This document shows positions 40,715-51,861 of a stretch of 64,000 nucleotides of DNA, piece after piece. The stretch covers positions 50,498,477 through 50,562,476 of the forward strand of contig NC_068992.1 in the NCBI RefSeq assembly GCF_001194135.2, in the 5' to 3' direction. How positions within the stretch are numbered: the stretch's first letter is position 1; each line of letters begins with the position of its first letter. The translations under genes were made by a program, and so were the position numbers. The notes beneath the pieces were generated by a model. The model saw only the letters and a list, made by a program, of their open reading frames with translations. It searched no databases and was not told the origin of the DNA. Source of the stretch: Octopus bimaculoides. Its lineage: Eukaryota.

Positions 40715-41375
40715 ACGGTAAAACTCTTCAACAAAGATATAGGTATGGCACTTGCCATAGATAAGTGCGCCATATTTGTTTTAAAATAGGGACAAGTAGT
40801 CAGCGGGGATGACACTCAATTACCGGATGTTAAGACATTAAAACCACTGGAATGAGAGAGTTATAAGTATCTAGGAATATTAGAATGTGACAGAGTACTA
40901 TAGAGATGAAAAATTAAATTGAGAAGTTAATGAAGTCAAAGCTAAACATCCAAATCCAGTGAAGTCTGTAAATACATATGCAATTTCATTAATAGTTAGA
41001 TATTCAAGGCGGCGTGCTGGCAGAATCCTTAGCAAGCCGGGCGAAATGCTTAGCGGTAATTCGTCTGTCTTTACTTTCTGAGTTCAAATTCAGCCGAGGT
41101 CGACTTTGCGTTTCATCTTTTCGGGGTCGATGAAATAATTACCAGTCACGCATTGTGGTCGATTTAATTTACCCCTAAATTTTCAAGGCCTTTTGCCTAA
41201 GGTAGAAATAGTTAATAATTAGATATTCAGCAGCTTTTGTAGGCTGAACAAAATCGAAAATAGCAAATCTAAACAGAAGAAATAGGAAGAAATGCAATAT
41301 TAATAGAGGACTTCACCCCAAAGCAGCAGTAGCGAGATTGTATTTGCCTAGAAAACAAAGTAGTAGAGGTTTAGC
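40715..41375 (+). mobile_element. Decayed R4/Dong-type reverse transcriptase fragment interrupted by a SINE
   Basis: TVKLFNKDIGMALAIDKCA, ESYKYLGILECD (about 40856-40890) and KSKLN..VKSVNTYAISL, continuing after the SINE as RYSAAFVG*TK and GLHPK..VARLYLPRKQSSRGL. Confidence 0.85.
41007..41218 (+). mobile_element. Full-length SINE family A with 11-bp target-site duplication
   Basis: TSD ttagatattca at 40996-41006 and 41219-41229. A-box-like tggcagaatccttagc and B-box-like gagttcaaattc. Confidence 0.93.
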
Positions 41376-41521
41376 GAGAGTACATAATAGCAAGGACATT
41401 TTAAGATCTGGTAGTGCAACAGTAGGAGATAGAGAAACCAAAAAGCCAAATGGAGATAAAAACCAGAAGGAAGTAGCAAGATAAGTAGTAATAGTAAGAC
41501 ATGGCTGCTTTTGCTGAAAGG

Positions 41522-41735
41522 AAGGCTAAAAAAGGGGATCGTTAGAACGCCGGACAAAATGCTTAGCGGCATTTTGTCCGTTTTCACATCCTGAGTTCAA
41601 ATGCCACCGATGTTGACTTTGCCTTTTATCTTTTCAGTGTCGTTAAAATAAGTACCAGTTGGGCACTGAGGTCGATCTAATCGACTTAACTTCTCCCCCG
41701 AAATTGTTAGCATTGTATCAAAATTTGAAATTTTT
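41522..41735 (+). mobile_element. SINE family A copy, followed by the head of another copy at about 41744
   Basis: atcgttagaacgccggacaaaatgcttagcggc...gagttcaaatgccacc...aaaataagtaccagttgggcactgaggtcgatc. Confidence 0.88.
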
Positions 41736-41770
41736 ATTATTTAGGCGGCGAGCAGTCACAATCGTAGCAT

Positions 41771-41826
<56 letters not shown>

Positions 41827-43114
41827 ACCGAAGCATCTGATATTTAGTGACACATTGTATGCGAATATCACATGCTTGTGTCGTCTTTTTCAATTTAGGC
41901 ATTAATAAAATAAATAACAGTGGCTCGATACAAATGCACTCTCCCGTTTACAAATGTCCTCGTGCCTATGTTGGAAGTTATAACAACATTGCAAAAAAAA
42001 AAAAAAGAAACTTCTGCTACTTCTATATTATTGAATTGGCTGTTAGCAAAATGTGGTGTGATTTTTGGGGAATGCTGTAATTACAGATTTCAAAGCATGT
42101 TGTTGGAAAATTTTATAAGTTTATTAGCATGAATTGCAAATAAACTTTCCAACGATGAATCACCTTCAAGTTCCTGTCTGCAATAATGGAGAAATTCTAA
42201 TTTCCTGTGACTGCTATGGCTTTGAGAAAGTGTCGTGATTCTATCAATGGCTACCTGGTACAACTAAATGAAAAAGGGTATTGGGCATGATGGAGAAAGA
42301 AAGGGAAAGGGAAATCAAGAGACGTAGAGCGGGTGACGGGTGGAGAGAGAGTGCAAAAGAAAGAGAGAGAGAGCGAGAAGGAAAGAAAGAGAGTGAGAGT
42401 AGGAGAGTAAGAGAAAATTGCTGACGGTATACTGTACTACATGCAGTTTTGTAGTTTTGTCGTCTGCTGCTGGAAATTCACAAAGGAAGGAAACTGCAAA
42501 ACTTGAGACGGTATTTTTTTTATACATTTTAAAACAATTTTTGAAAGTCTTCTTATTTGCAGACTATATCATCATTATAATTTATATTGTACTTGCAAGA
42601 CATTTGCTTCATCAGTTAGCAACTGAAAATTTTTGAAATTAGGAATCCTTCCACTGTGTTGTGTCTTCCAGCGTTACCAAATGGCACTGATGCTACCATG
42701 AAATATCGAGGTTCTTTTCACCCGCATCGTAACCTTATTTTTTCTTTCTCATACCTTTCTAACCATTACACCGAATCGAATGTTGCTGTCATTACTTCAA
42801 ATTTGCAGCAACATTCTGTATAATAGTTTCTGAGGATGTACTCGTTTCTCCACACTTTGGTGGTACTCTCTCCAATTCTGCAATTTTCATGAAGCACCTG
42901 ATGCTGCCCTTCTCCAGTTTCCATACAATTGCTTTGCAATATTTCCTGAGCCAAAAGTCAAATAGGACATGGTGGATCTCATTACCCACTCATAAAATCC
43001 TACATCTACTGGAATCAACATACCGACCTACACCCTATTTTACAACACTTCATCACCTCACCGTATGTTAGTGTCATTATTTCATGTTGCCACTCAGTAT
43101 TACTTACACACGCT

Positions 43115-43269
43115 AAGGCGGTGAGCTGGGCGACGAAATGCTTATTGAGTTTATCTTTACGTTCTGATTTCAAATTCTGCCGAGGATGACTTTATCTCTC
43201 ATCCTTTCGGAGTCGATAAATTAGGTATCCTCCTTAAAAATTTCGCGCCTTGTGCCTAGAGTAGAAAAG
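43115..43269 (+). mobile_element. Internally deleted SINE family A copy with imperfect 16-bp TSD
   Basis: attacttacacacgct (43099-43114) versus attacttatacacact (43270-43285), 14/16 identical. Confidence 0.85.
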
Positions 43270-43868
43270 ATTACTTATACACACTTGTACATTTCAACTC
43301 CTCCACCAGCAACACGTTCAGTGGGAGACAACAGATGTTATAGCACTAGTAAGAAAGTAAAAAAATTGGAACGCCACAATGCTGTGCTGACTTGACAGAC
43401 CTGCTAGAAATAATTGCTAAATATTCTGGAAACTATACTCTCTTAAGAAAGAAATAACCATTTGGATAATTGGATCAGTTGTAGATACATCCAATTATAG
43501 TTACAAACAAAAAATGCTGTAATTTTCGCTTTGATGACGGCTTTGAAAACCTGGATAGATCTGATTTATATAATTACAGTATTAACATAAATAGCAGATT
43601 ATGTTTAAGAATTTCGTGTAGTTTGGTACACTGGCTGGAGAAGACAGAAAGTTCCCTTCACCACATTATTAAGATTCCAATCTTAATAAGGGATTTACAA
43701 AGGCAATGACCAATCTTAAAAAGAACTGGTTTTTACTCTCAAGGTATTGGAATCTTATATGTATACCATTCTTCCTAAACAATGGATTTACAAATACAAT
43801 ATCCCTACATTCACTTTCTATTTCCTATCATAACTAAACTAACTATTGCTTAATCATCCTCTCATACC

Positions 43869-43916
43869 GTCACCGATGAAGGGATATAATAAATATCCTG
43901 GAAACAGCTGTAAGAC
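43869..43916 (+). ncRNA. Minimal hammerhead-like motif, U4>C variant
   Basis: gtca CCGATGA A GGGATAT aataa ATATCCT g GAAA CAGCTG TA agac: 7-bp stem II, palindromic stem III shared with 2525, GTA triplet. (TA)n follows at about 43986. Confidence 0.55.
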
Positions 43917-43982
43917 ATTCTATTTATAAATGTTCTATATTATACACCGCCTTGGTTTTTCATCTCATTACGAAAAGTAAAT

Positions 43983-44046
<64 letters not shown>

Positions 44047-45226
44047 TATTTCGAAACTACACCTACTCAAAACATGCATAACCCGTAGATTATCAAAAGA
44101 GAAGCTACAGCATTCTGTCTGCTGCTACTAAGTCTCTCAAAATATTATTCTGCAATTATAGACTACCCCTACGTATAGCTGTTTACTGGGAAAATGTTAC
44201 AATTAGTAATAAGTGACAATGAATAGTACTATTGAGAGAAAGATTCAGTGAATTGTAATACTGACCAGACTGTTTGCAAGGGAGAATATAGTGAGACTAT
44301 TATCATTGTGCTTCCATCAACTACTGATTCCCCACCAGACATAAAATATTGTCTATACACCAGCAGGCATAAACTAATCTTTCTTGCCATTTTACAAAAT
44401 GAGAAATCTTAAAAATGTGAATATGTTATCACAATGGCGAGGTAGACTTGTTCTTATCTAATAAATAATGTCATTTAAAAAAATCAATATGAGAGCCGTA
44501 TAGCATTTGCGAATTCAAAAATAAAATATAAATGATTCATTCCAAAAGTCTGATACTTTACATTGATCTTTCGTTTCAGATTATTATAAAAGAAAAAGAA
44601 AACAAAAAAAAGAAAGAAAGAAGAAAACAGATTTTATTGAAAACATTGAACCCCGAGAATATCTAACGGAGGTTTAGACAGACAAATTGGACTGCGTGAC
44701 ATATGCCAAAAATATATAAATTTATTTTGAAAGACGAGTGGGGTTATGTTTTCATTGTCATACATTTGCATACAAAAACGCTTACACACACACACGTATA
44801 TGCATATATCTATAGAATATATATAAGGATTTTCGTCTACTGATGCATTGGTATCTGCGGATGAATTTATCAGTGGGTACGTATATTTCTCGTTTATATA
44901 TTAACGGTATATTCTACTGAAGATCGTAAAGCAATCTTTAATCGAGGTATAGAATTATCCAATATTTGTTCTCAATGTTCTTGCTCATTTCCTTGCGTAT
45001 ATACCTTTGGTTGAATATAGAGAAGAAATTTTAGTGGGTTGTAGGTATCTAACATCTACTTCTAGCATTGGCGATAGTCATTTCCAGTAGCCCTTAACTA
45101 TAATTATATTTTTATAATTATATACGTAAACAAATTAATGTTACCTATACGGTCATTTTTATGTACTAGGCCACTGCTATAATAATTTCTATGATTATAG
45201 CCTTATCTTATAACATCCACGCACAG

Positions 45227-45258
<32 letters not shown>

Positions 45259-45849
45259 TTGTGTGTATAATGTATGCATGTATGCGTGCATGCATGTATG
45301 TGTGTGTCATAGTGATAAAAATTAGTTATATATGTCGTGGTTATGTAAATCATTGTTCATGAGATCCAGGCTCTCTTAAACGATTCTTCCGCAGACAGGA
45401 AAATTTATTTAACTCTTCTTGCTCAAAAATAGAAAGTGATTGCATATGCCTTTAGAAGGGGAACTAAAAATTGCCATGTTCGATTGATTAGGAGACGCTC
45501 ACTTTTTTTACTGGAGCAAAGCTTATGGGACGTTAAAGATTACGAGAAACAGCCCCAAACTTCGAGAGATACCGAGATATCGCCTTTAGGGAAACGTCAA
45601 CCTTGCCTATTTCATCAGCAAACCAAACGCAAATCTTATTCATATCAACAAAGTACCACAATCCACTTAATCATGAGCAGTACGCAAATTGTATTCTGAC
45701 AATAATTTCAAATGCTGAGCCCCACACTAATTGAGACGTTATTCTAACCACTGTACATGTCCTTTAACATTGAACCTACTAACCTTCTCTTTAATGTTGA
45801 AAATAATTTTTCCTTCAGCAATCAGATTGGCAATCAGATCAATTACACA

Positions 45850-46070
45850 TTAGAGTACTGCTCTCATAGCTGGATTACTACTTCTGCACACAAAGACATC
45901 CTAGACCACTCCAAAAAATATGCTATCCAACTGATGTAGATTATGTCACTCACAAGGATACACCATATTCTTGTTCTCAGGCACACTGTCTCCTCTCTGT
46001 CTGTACTACTGGTACTACAATGGCTTCTGCTGCGATGACTTGGCTGGATAATGTCACGCCTCATATATTT
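45850..46070 (+). mobile_element. Decayed LINE RT C-terminal region (L2/CR1- or Jockey-group)
   Basis: LEYCSHSW..SA...LD..K.AIQL then, across a frameshift, TVSSL.LYYWYYNGFCCDDL. This matches the LEYCS.VW...LD..QK.A / RR.V.SL..FY.YY.G.CS.EL pattern. Confidence 0.6.
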
Positions 46071-46080
46071 CTCTACATCA

Positions 46081-46490
46081 AGGAGGTGATGTTAGCACGC
46101 CGGGCGAAATGCTTAGTGGTATTTCGTCTGTCTTTATGTTCTGAGTTCAAATTCCGCCGAGATCGACTTTGCCTTTCATCCTTTATCGGTCGATAAAATA
46201 AGAACCAATTGAACACTGGGCCTGATATAATCGTCTTACCCATCTAATCTAAATTGATGGCCTCATGCCGGAATTTGAAACCAATATTAAGGCGTCGAGC
46301 AGGCAGAATACTTACCAGCATTTCATTCTGCTATTTACTTTCTAATTTCAAATGTCGCTAAGGTCTAGTTTATATTTCATCCTTTCTGAGTCGATAGAAT
46401 AAGTAATGATTGAGCACAGGAGTAGATCTAATTAACTTCATACCACCCACTAAAATGGTTGTTCTTGTGCCAAAATTTGATGGCAATATC
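46081..46490 (+). mobile_element. Two head-to-tail SINE family A copies (46081-46289 and 46290-46490)
   Basis: The first copy is well preserved (gttagcacgccgggcgaaatgcttagtggtatttcgtctgtc...gagttcaaattccgccgag). The second starts aaggcgtcgagcaggcagaa directly after the first tail. Confidence 0.9.
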
Positions 46491-47303
46491 ACTCTAAGAG
46501 TGTTCGTTGGAGAGTCAAAAAATGCTTTAATGCATCTATTCCCACGATATAGAATGTTAGCTGTAATTCTTTTGACCGATGTCAGAACTCTCAAGTCAGG
46601 TCTCTAAATACGATCATTTCATCCGTGATGTCATCCTTTATATATATATAGGTCTAATTATTGCATTGCCGAATGTTCTACCGTTTCTCTTCAGACTGTC
46701 AGTTTGTGATCTGTAGATGTTGATTCATTTCTAGCAGGTCAGATGACCACATACATACACTCATTTTTGTTTACGTATAGAGCTGCTTTCATCCAACAGT
46801 CTTGTAATAAAATGCATTCCCGATATCGCAATCCAATCTATTTGTAAAGGGGAGAGTACCACACTGTCGAAAGTGGTATTTTCCAATTTATGGCATTTTG
46901 AGTAGAATATAGCGAAAAATTAACTGTTTGTTATTGTTACTCGAACAACTGCGTAGAGCCTACATCAATAATAAATAGATGTTATTTGAATTTTGGAGAA
47001 AAATCTCATGTGCGTTCCAAAGTATGCAATATGTATGAATCATTAGTCATTAGTGACAGAAAACTACTTCTGTTTCCTGTCATCTAAAGTGAAATCTAGA
47101 TATTTCATCATTCAAATTTTCTGTTGTAAATCGAACTTCTATACAACTGAACTGCAACTTAGTTCGTTGCGGCGGATATTGCGTTGAAACGGCGACAGAG
47201 GAGAAATTTAATAGGAACTAAAAGTTTTGCTGAATGTATATTTTTTTCAAACCATTCGGTTTAAACCAACACAGGCCTTTACATTTGGTGCAGTAAGAAA
47301 CTT

Positions 47304-47445
47304 TGTGTATGTGTGTACGTGTATGTGTGTACGTGTATGTGTGTACGTGTATGTGTGTATGTGTACGTGTATGTGTGCACGTGTATGTGTGCACGTGTAT
47401 GTGTGTACGTGTATGTGTGTACGTGTATGTGTGTACGTGTATGTG
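47304..47445. repeat. 14-bp GT-rich minisatellite (gtgtgtacgtgtat)n
   Basis: About 10 copies by direct reading. Confidence 0.9.
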
Positions 47446-47689
47446 TGTGTGTGTGTGTGCGTATCAGGGTGAGTGTGCGCTCGTGTGCGTTAATAATTCC
47501 ACTAGTATTTAGCTGAGTGTACAAAGGACCATATTATCGATTATTCGTAGCAAATTCTTTCCTGCCTAAAGACTCCCTTTATGTAAACACCAAACATAAC
47601 AAACGAGATTTTTTTCAACTTTCTGAATTTTAACCATTAGCAGTTATTTTACTTTTCCTCCCTTCTTAATCTACATTTACTTACATCTC

Positions 47690-47763
<74 letters not shown>

Positions 47764-48562
47764 NNNNNNNNNNNNNNNNNNNNNNNNNNNNNNNNNNNNN
47801 NNNNNNNNNNNNNNNNNNNNNNNNNNNNNNNNNNNNNNNNNNNNNNNNNNNNNNNNNNNNNNNNNNNNNNNNNNNNNNNNNNNNNNNNNNNNNNNNNNNN
47901 NNNNNNNNNNNNNNNNNNNNNNNNNNNNNNNNNNNNNNNNNNNNNNNNNNNNNNNNNNNNNNNNNNNNNNNNNNNNNNNNNNNNNNNNNNNNNNNNNNNN
48001 NNNNNNNNNNNNNNNNNNNNNNNNNNNNNNNNNNNNNNNNNNNNNNNNNNNNNNNNNNNNNNNNNNNNNNNNNNNNNNNNNNNNNNNNNNNNNNNNNNNN
48101 NNNNAGAGAGAGAGAGAGAGAAAGAAAGAAGTACCTTGTATTTTTTTCTTAATTTCTCATATTTCAGCTAAGTGTTTGTGCTTTACTAAAATATTCATGC
48201 AGTTTCTTTCTTCTGTACTTAGCCTATTCAACTTCAGCATGAACGTTATTTTCGCTTCTGTCTTTTCTTTGGCATGTATTCTAACTAATAATAAAATTTA
48301 TTTTCTGAAATGCTTTCAAAAATTTCTGTTTATATTTGCAATTAAACCATTTCCACTTTTTAAGCATTTTCATTCGATTTTCTTATATTTATTGTTTGAA
48401 AATTGAGAAATAAATTAAATTAAATTTCCAATTTCTAAAAGTGTTATTTGAAACATATTTCGTTTACCTTATTCGATAGAATAATTTTTTTTTATAGATG
48501 TATTAAACAGTGCATTACAAACACATATATAAATAACCAAGTCGATATTTACTTTTACTTAC

Positions 48563-48670
48563 TGAAGATAAAATCTTCCAGAAACTGACACTTTGTATAT
48601 TCAGAATATTTGGTTCACACATTTTAGAAATGCACAAGACGATTTCCCTTTTAGATTTGAAGGTGTAACA
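48563..48670 (-). CDS. Candidate internal exon (phase 0-0), product unknown
   Basis: T-rich acceptor ...cttttagatggtttag|, then 108 nt open (CYTFKSKREIVLCISKMCEPNILNIQSVSFWKILSS), then donor |GTAAGT. AT-rich and no homology recognised. Confidence 0.25.
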
Positions 48671-48883
48671 CTAAACCATCTAAAAGCGTAACTAAATATA
48701 CAAAACTAAGTGGAGTTGTACGTCGGTGGTATTGAATTTCAATTATTTGGTACAGCGTATTTTGGTTGATCTAGAGTAACATATACACTGAGTTACTTAT
48801 GAAAGAAAGGATTTACCTATCCGAACCATGGTTTCTTAAAAAAAAGCAAAACTATGAATGCAATAGATTAAATGATCCCTCAA

Positions 48884-48940
<57 letters not shown>

Positions 48941-49358
48941 AATGTGTGTATAAACCTACGCAGAAGAAATACAAATACTTCTCCGTGGAATGAACAATGA
49001 GATTATAACGAATCTTAACCGATATCCAAAGCGTATTGAGTCGTCACGAGAGCTGTTCTATATTGTCACCAAATCCCCCAAAAGTAATTAGCTAGTCCCT
49101 TTACATACTTAATAAATCCAGTACTTACAGAAAAATAAAGCTACTAATTGGCATACCATATGTGTTATGAAAATCAACATAGTCAGTCCGCTGTAGGGAT
49201 CTTCCCCGCTATGCCAGTCATTAAGATAATACTTTCCGTGGCTATTGAGTTGTTTTGACTCTTATTTCTAGCAATACTGGTGCTGATTAGTGCTCTTTGT
49301 AACTCTAGTGACGTCTTCATTTCTGTCTTTGGGTTGTTAACTTGCAAATAAGCCACGC

Positions 49359-49389
<31 letters not shown>

Positions 49390-49594
49390 NNNNNNNNNNN
49401 NNNNNNNNNNNNNNNNNNNNNNNNNNNNNNNNNNNNNNNNNNNNNNNNNNNNNNNNNNNNNNNNNNNNNNNNNNNNNNNNNNNNNNNNNNNNNNNNNNNN
49501 NNNNNNNNNNNNNNNNNNNNNNNNNNNNNNNNNNNNNNNNNNNNNNNNNNTATATATATATATATCCTTTATTAAAAGCAGCAGAAATATCACA

Positions 49595-49640
49595 AAAACT
49601 GTTACTCAGAGTTTCACATTCCCGTTCGTCATACAGTTTT
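49595..49640 (-). ncRNA. Hammerhead-like motif in the left arm of the palindrome
   Basis: aaaactgt ATGACGA ACG ggaa TGT GAAA CTC t GAG TA acagtttt: perfect 8-bp stem I, with C3 changed to A. Confidence 0.6.
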
Positions 49641-49653
49641 GTTAGATTCTAAC

Positions 49654-49699
49654 AAACCTGTCCGACGAACGGAAACGTGAAACTCTGAGTAAGAGATTT
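49654..49699 (+). ncRNA. Hammerhead-like motif in the right arm of the palindrome
   Basis: aaacctgt CCGACGA ACG gaaa CGT GAAA CTC t GAG TA agagattt: U4>C, stem I with 2 mismatches. Confidence 0.6.
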
Positions 49700-50019
49700 T
49701 GTGATATTTCTGCTGCTTATAATAAAGTATATTGCTCTACCTCTGGTATTTGAGTACTCCTTTTTTCCCACCTTGTTTCATATCTATGTGCTTTCTCCAG
49801 AATATATACATATATATAGATATATATGTATATATGTATGTATGTATGTATATATACGCAAGTACATAGTAGGAATCTCCCCTGAATTTACAGAGTGACA
49901 CGAATGCATACACAGGCTTTATTCTTATTCATGCAATTGGCTGCCGGAGAGCTTAATGTGAAGTCTATTATGTTCATAGATCCTACTCCCTCTCGCTCCC
50001 TATCTCTCTCTCCCTTTCT

Positions 50020-50090
<71 letters not shown>

Positions 50091-50213
50091 CACACACATA
50101 TATTGAACAGTGCTTCGAATCTGGGCACTTGAGGACGCACATATGTAGAGCTACTCTTGAATCATACTAATGCGATATTGCATATAGTATATGTAACATT
50201 CAGCAATTGATAG

Positions 50214-50241
50214 CTGATAAGGATGTGCTGAAACAGTTGTA
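50214..50241 (+). ncRNA. Decayed hammerhead-like motif
   Basis: CTGATAA ggatgtgct GAAA CAGTTG TA: G8>A, weak stem II, no clear stem I. AATAAA follows shortly downstream, as at 2525. Confidence 0.3.
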
Positions 50242-50759
50242 GTGATTTGTAATAAACCCTGTTCAATCGAGCTACATGGATCAATTTTTTTGTGTGTATT
50301 CTCTACGGATATTTGCCAGTTTCCACATATACATTCAGTAACAGAAGTCCTACTGTATAATAACATTACGTATCTGATACCCGGAAATGCGTGTGCATAT
50401 GTATGTGTGCGTGAGTGTATTTGTGTGTGTGTGTAAGTATGTGTTTGTCTATACACACACACACGCACAAATATATAAATATACACACATACACAAACGC
50501 ACATATGAAGAGCATGGAATTAAAATGAGCAAAGTTATAAGATAAGGCGTTTATAAGCAATCAAACCAGATAAAAAGTTGCTGAATTAGAATATATTGTG
50601 AAAATTTCTTTTAAAAATAAAATGAATCACTAAAAATCAAATAATGTGCAGAACGAAAATGCATTCATCAAATGCAAGGAACGACTGAGTGTCAAGCATT
50701 TTGGTTTCTAAAACATTTCCATGAAAGAATTACATTCATCACACAAGCAAAAGCACACA

Positions 50760-51230
50760 AACATACATACATACATACATACATACATACATACATACAT
50801 ACATACATGCATACATACACATATACATACATACATTCATACATACATACATGCATGCAAACATGCATACATACATACATGCATACACACATACATACAT
50901 ATATACATACAGACAGACGAACAGAGAGATAGATTGATATATATATATATATATATATACATACACCCATACACGTATGTATGCATGCGTATATATGTGT
51001 GTGTGTGTTTATATTTATGCATATATATATATACATATATATGTGCATACATATATATATATACATATATATACATATATATCTCCATGTTTATATATAT
51101 GTGTGTGTGGGTGTCTGTGGGTGTGTGTTTATGTGTGTGTGTGTGTGTGTGTGCGCGCAAGGGTGTGCACGTGTACATGCGTGTATTTGTGCATGCTTGC
51201 ACATACTCACACGCGCGCACACACACGCAT
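50760..51230. repeat. Compound (TACA)n/(TA)n/(TG)n microsatellite block
   Basis: Direct reading. Comparable blocks at 650-831, 19440-20100, 29620-30060, 36780-37190, 55250-55400 and 58428-58537. Confidence 0.9.
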
Positions 51231-51829
51231 AATATTCAACATAAGCACTTATATATTTATCTGTGCAGAGAGATGTATATAGTTATTTTAGAGATAGTAT
51301 TCCCCTTGAGTTAATTAATTATATTAAAGCAGCAAACCAATCAACGTGAACAGCCTTAATTATTCGATATTTATAGGAATTCCAATGCTTAATGCGTTCA
51401 TAAAACTAATTTTTTGATATGGAATTATTGTAAATGGATTAATTAAATAGTCAAACGTGGAATGATAAGCAATAAAATTTGCATTTTTAATTTTTTGGTT
51501 TTAATTAGAGTTCCAACGTTATAATGAAGCGTTGCACTATTAAGAATACCTTTATCTGTATTGCAGCCTCCAAATGGGACATTTCACAGGCGTACACACA
51601 TATCTAGACGCACCTGTTCACTAACACAGAAACATACGCAATCATAAATCGCATTGGCAGTCACACACGCGCGCACACAACCTCTTTACACTCGCACAAA
51701 CGCCAACATATTTATATCTATGATGAAAACATACTCGCTCTCCTTATCGGTAATGAACATCCTTGGAGAGGCTAAATGAGATACAAGAAGAAAAATGGGT
51801 ACATTTATATATTAATATATATATATACA

Positions 51830-51861
<32 letters not shown>

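Larger units (their letters stand above)
49567..49727. repeat. 161-bp near-perfect palindrome (80-bp arms, 1-nt centre)
   Basis: 49567-49646 versus the reverse complement of 49648-49727: 72/80 identical, no indels. Abuts a (TA)n run and a gap. Confidence 0.95.

Noticed and set aside
42600-43070. Possible LINE RT tail on the minus strand
   Set aside because: Only vague resemblance (KLEKG.IR..KI) and no diagnostic motif.
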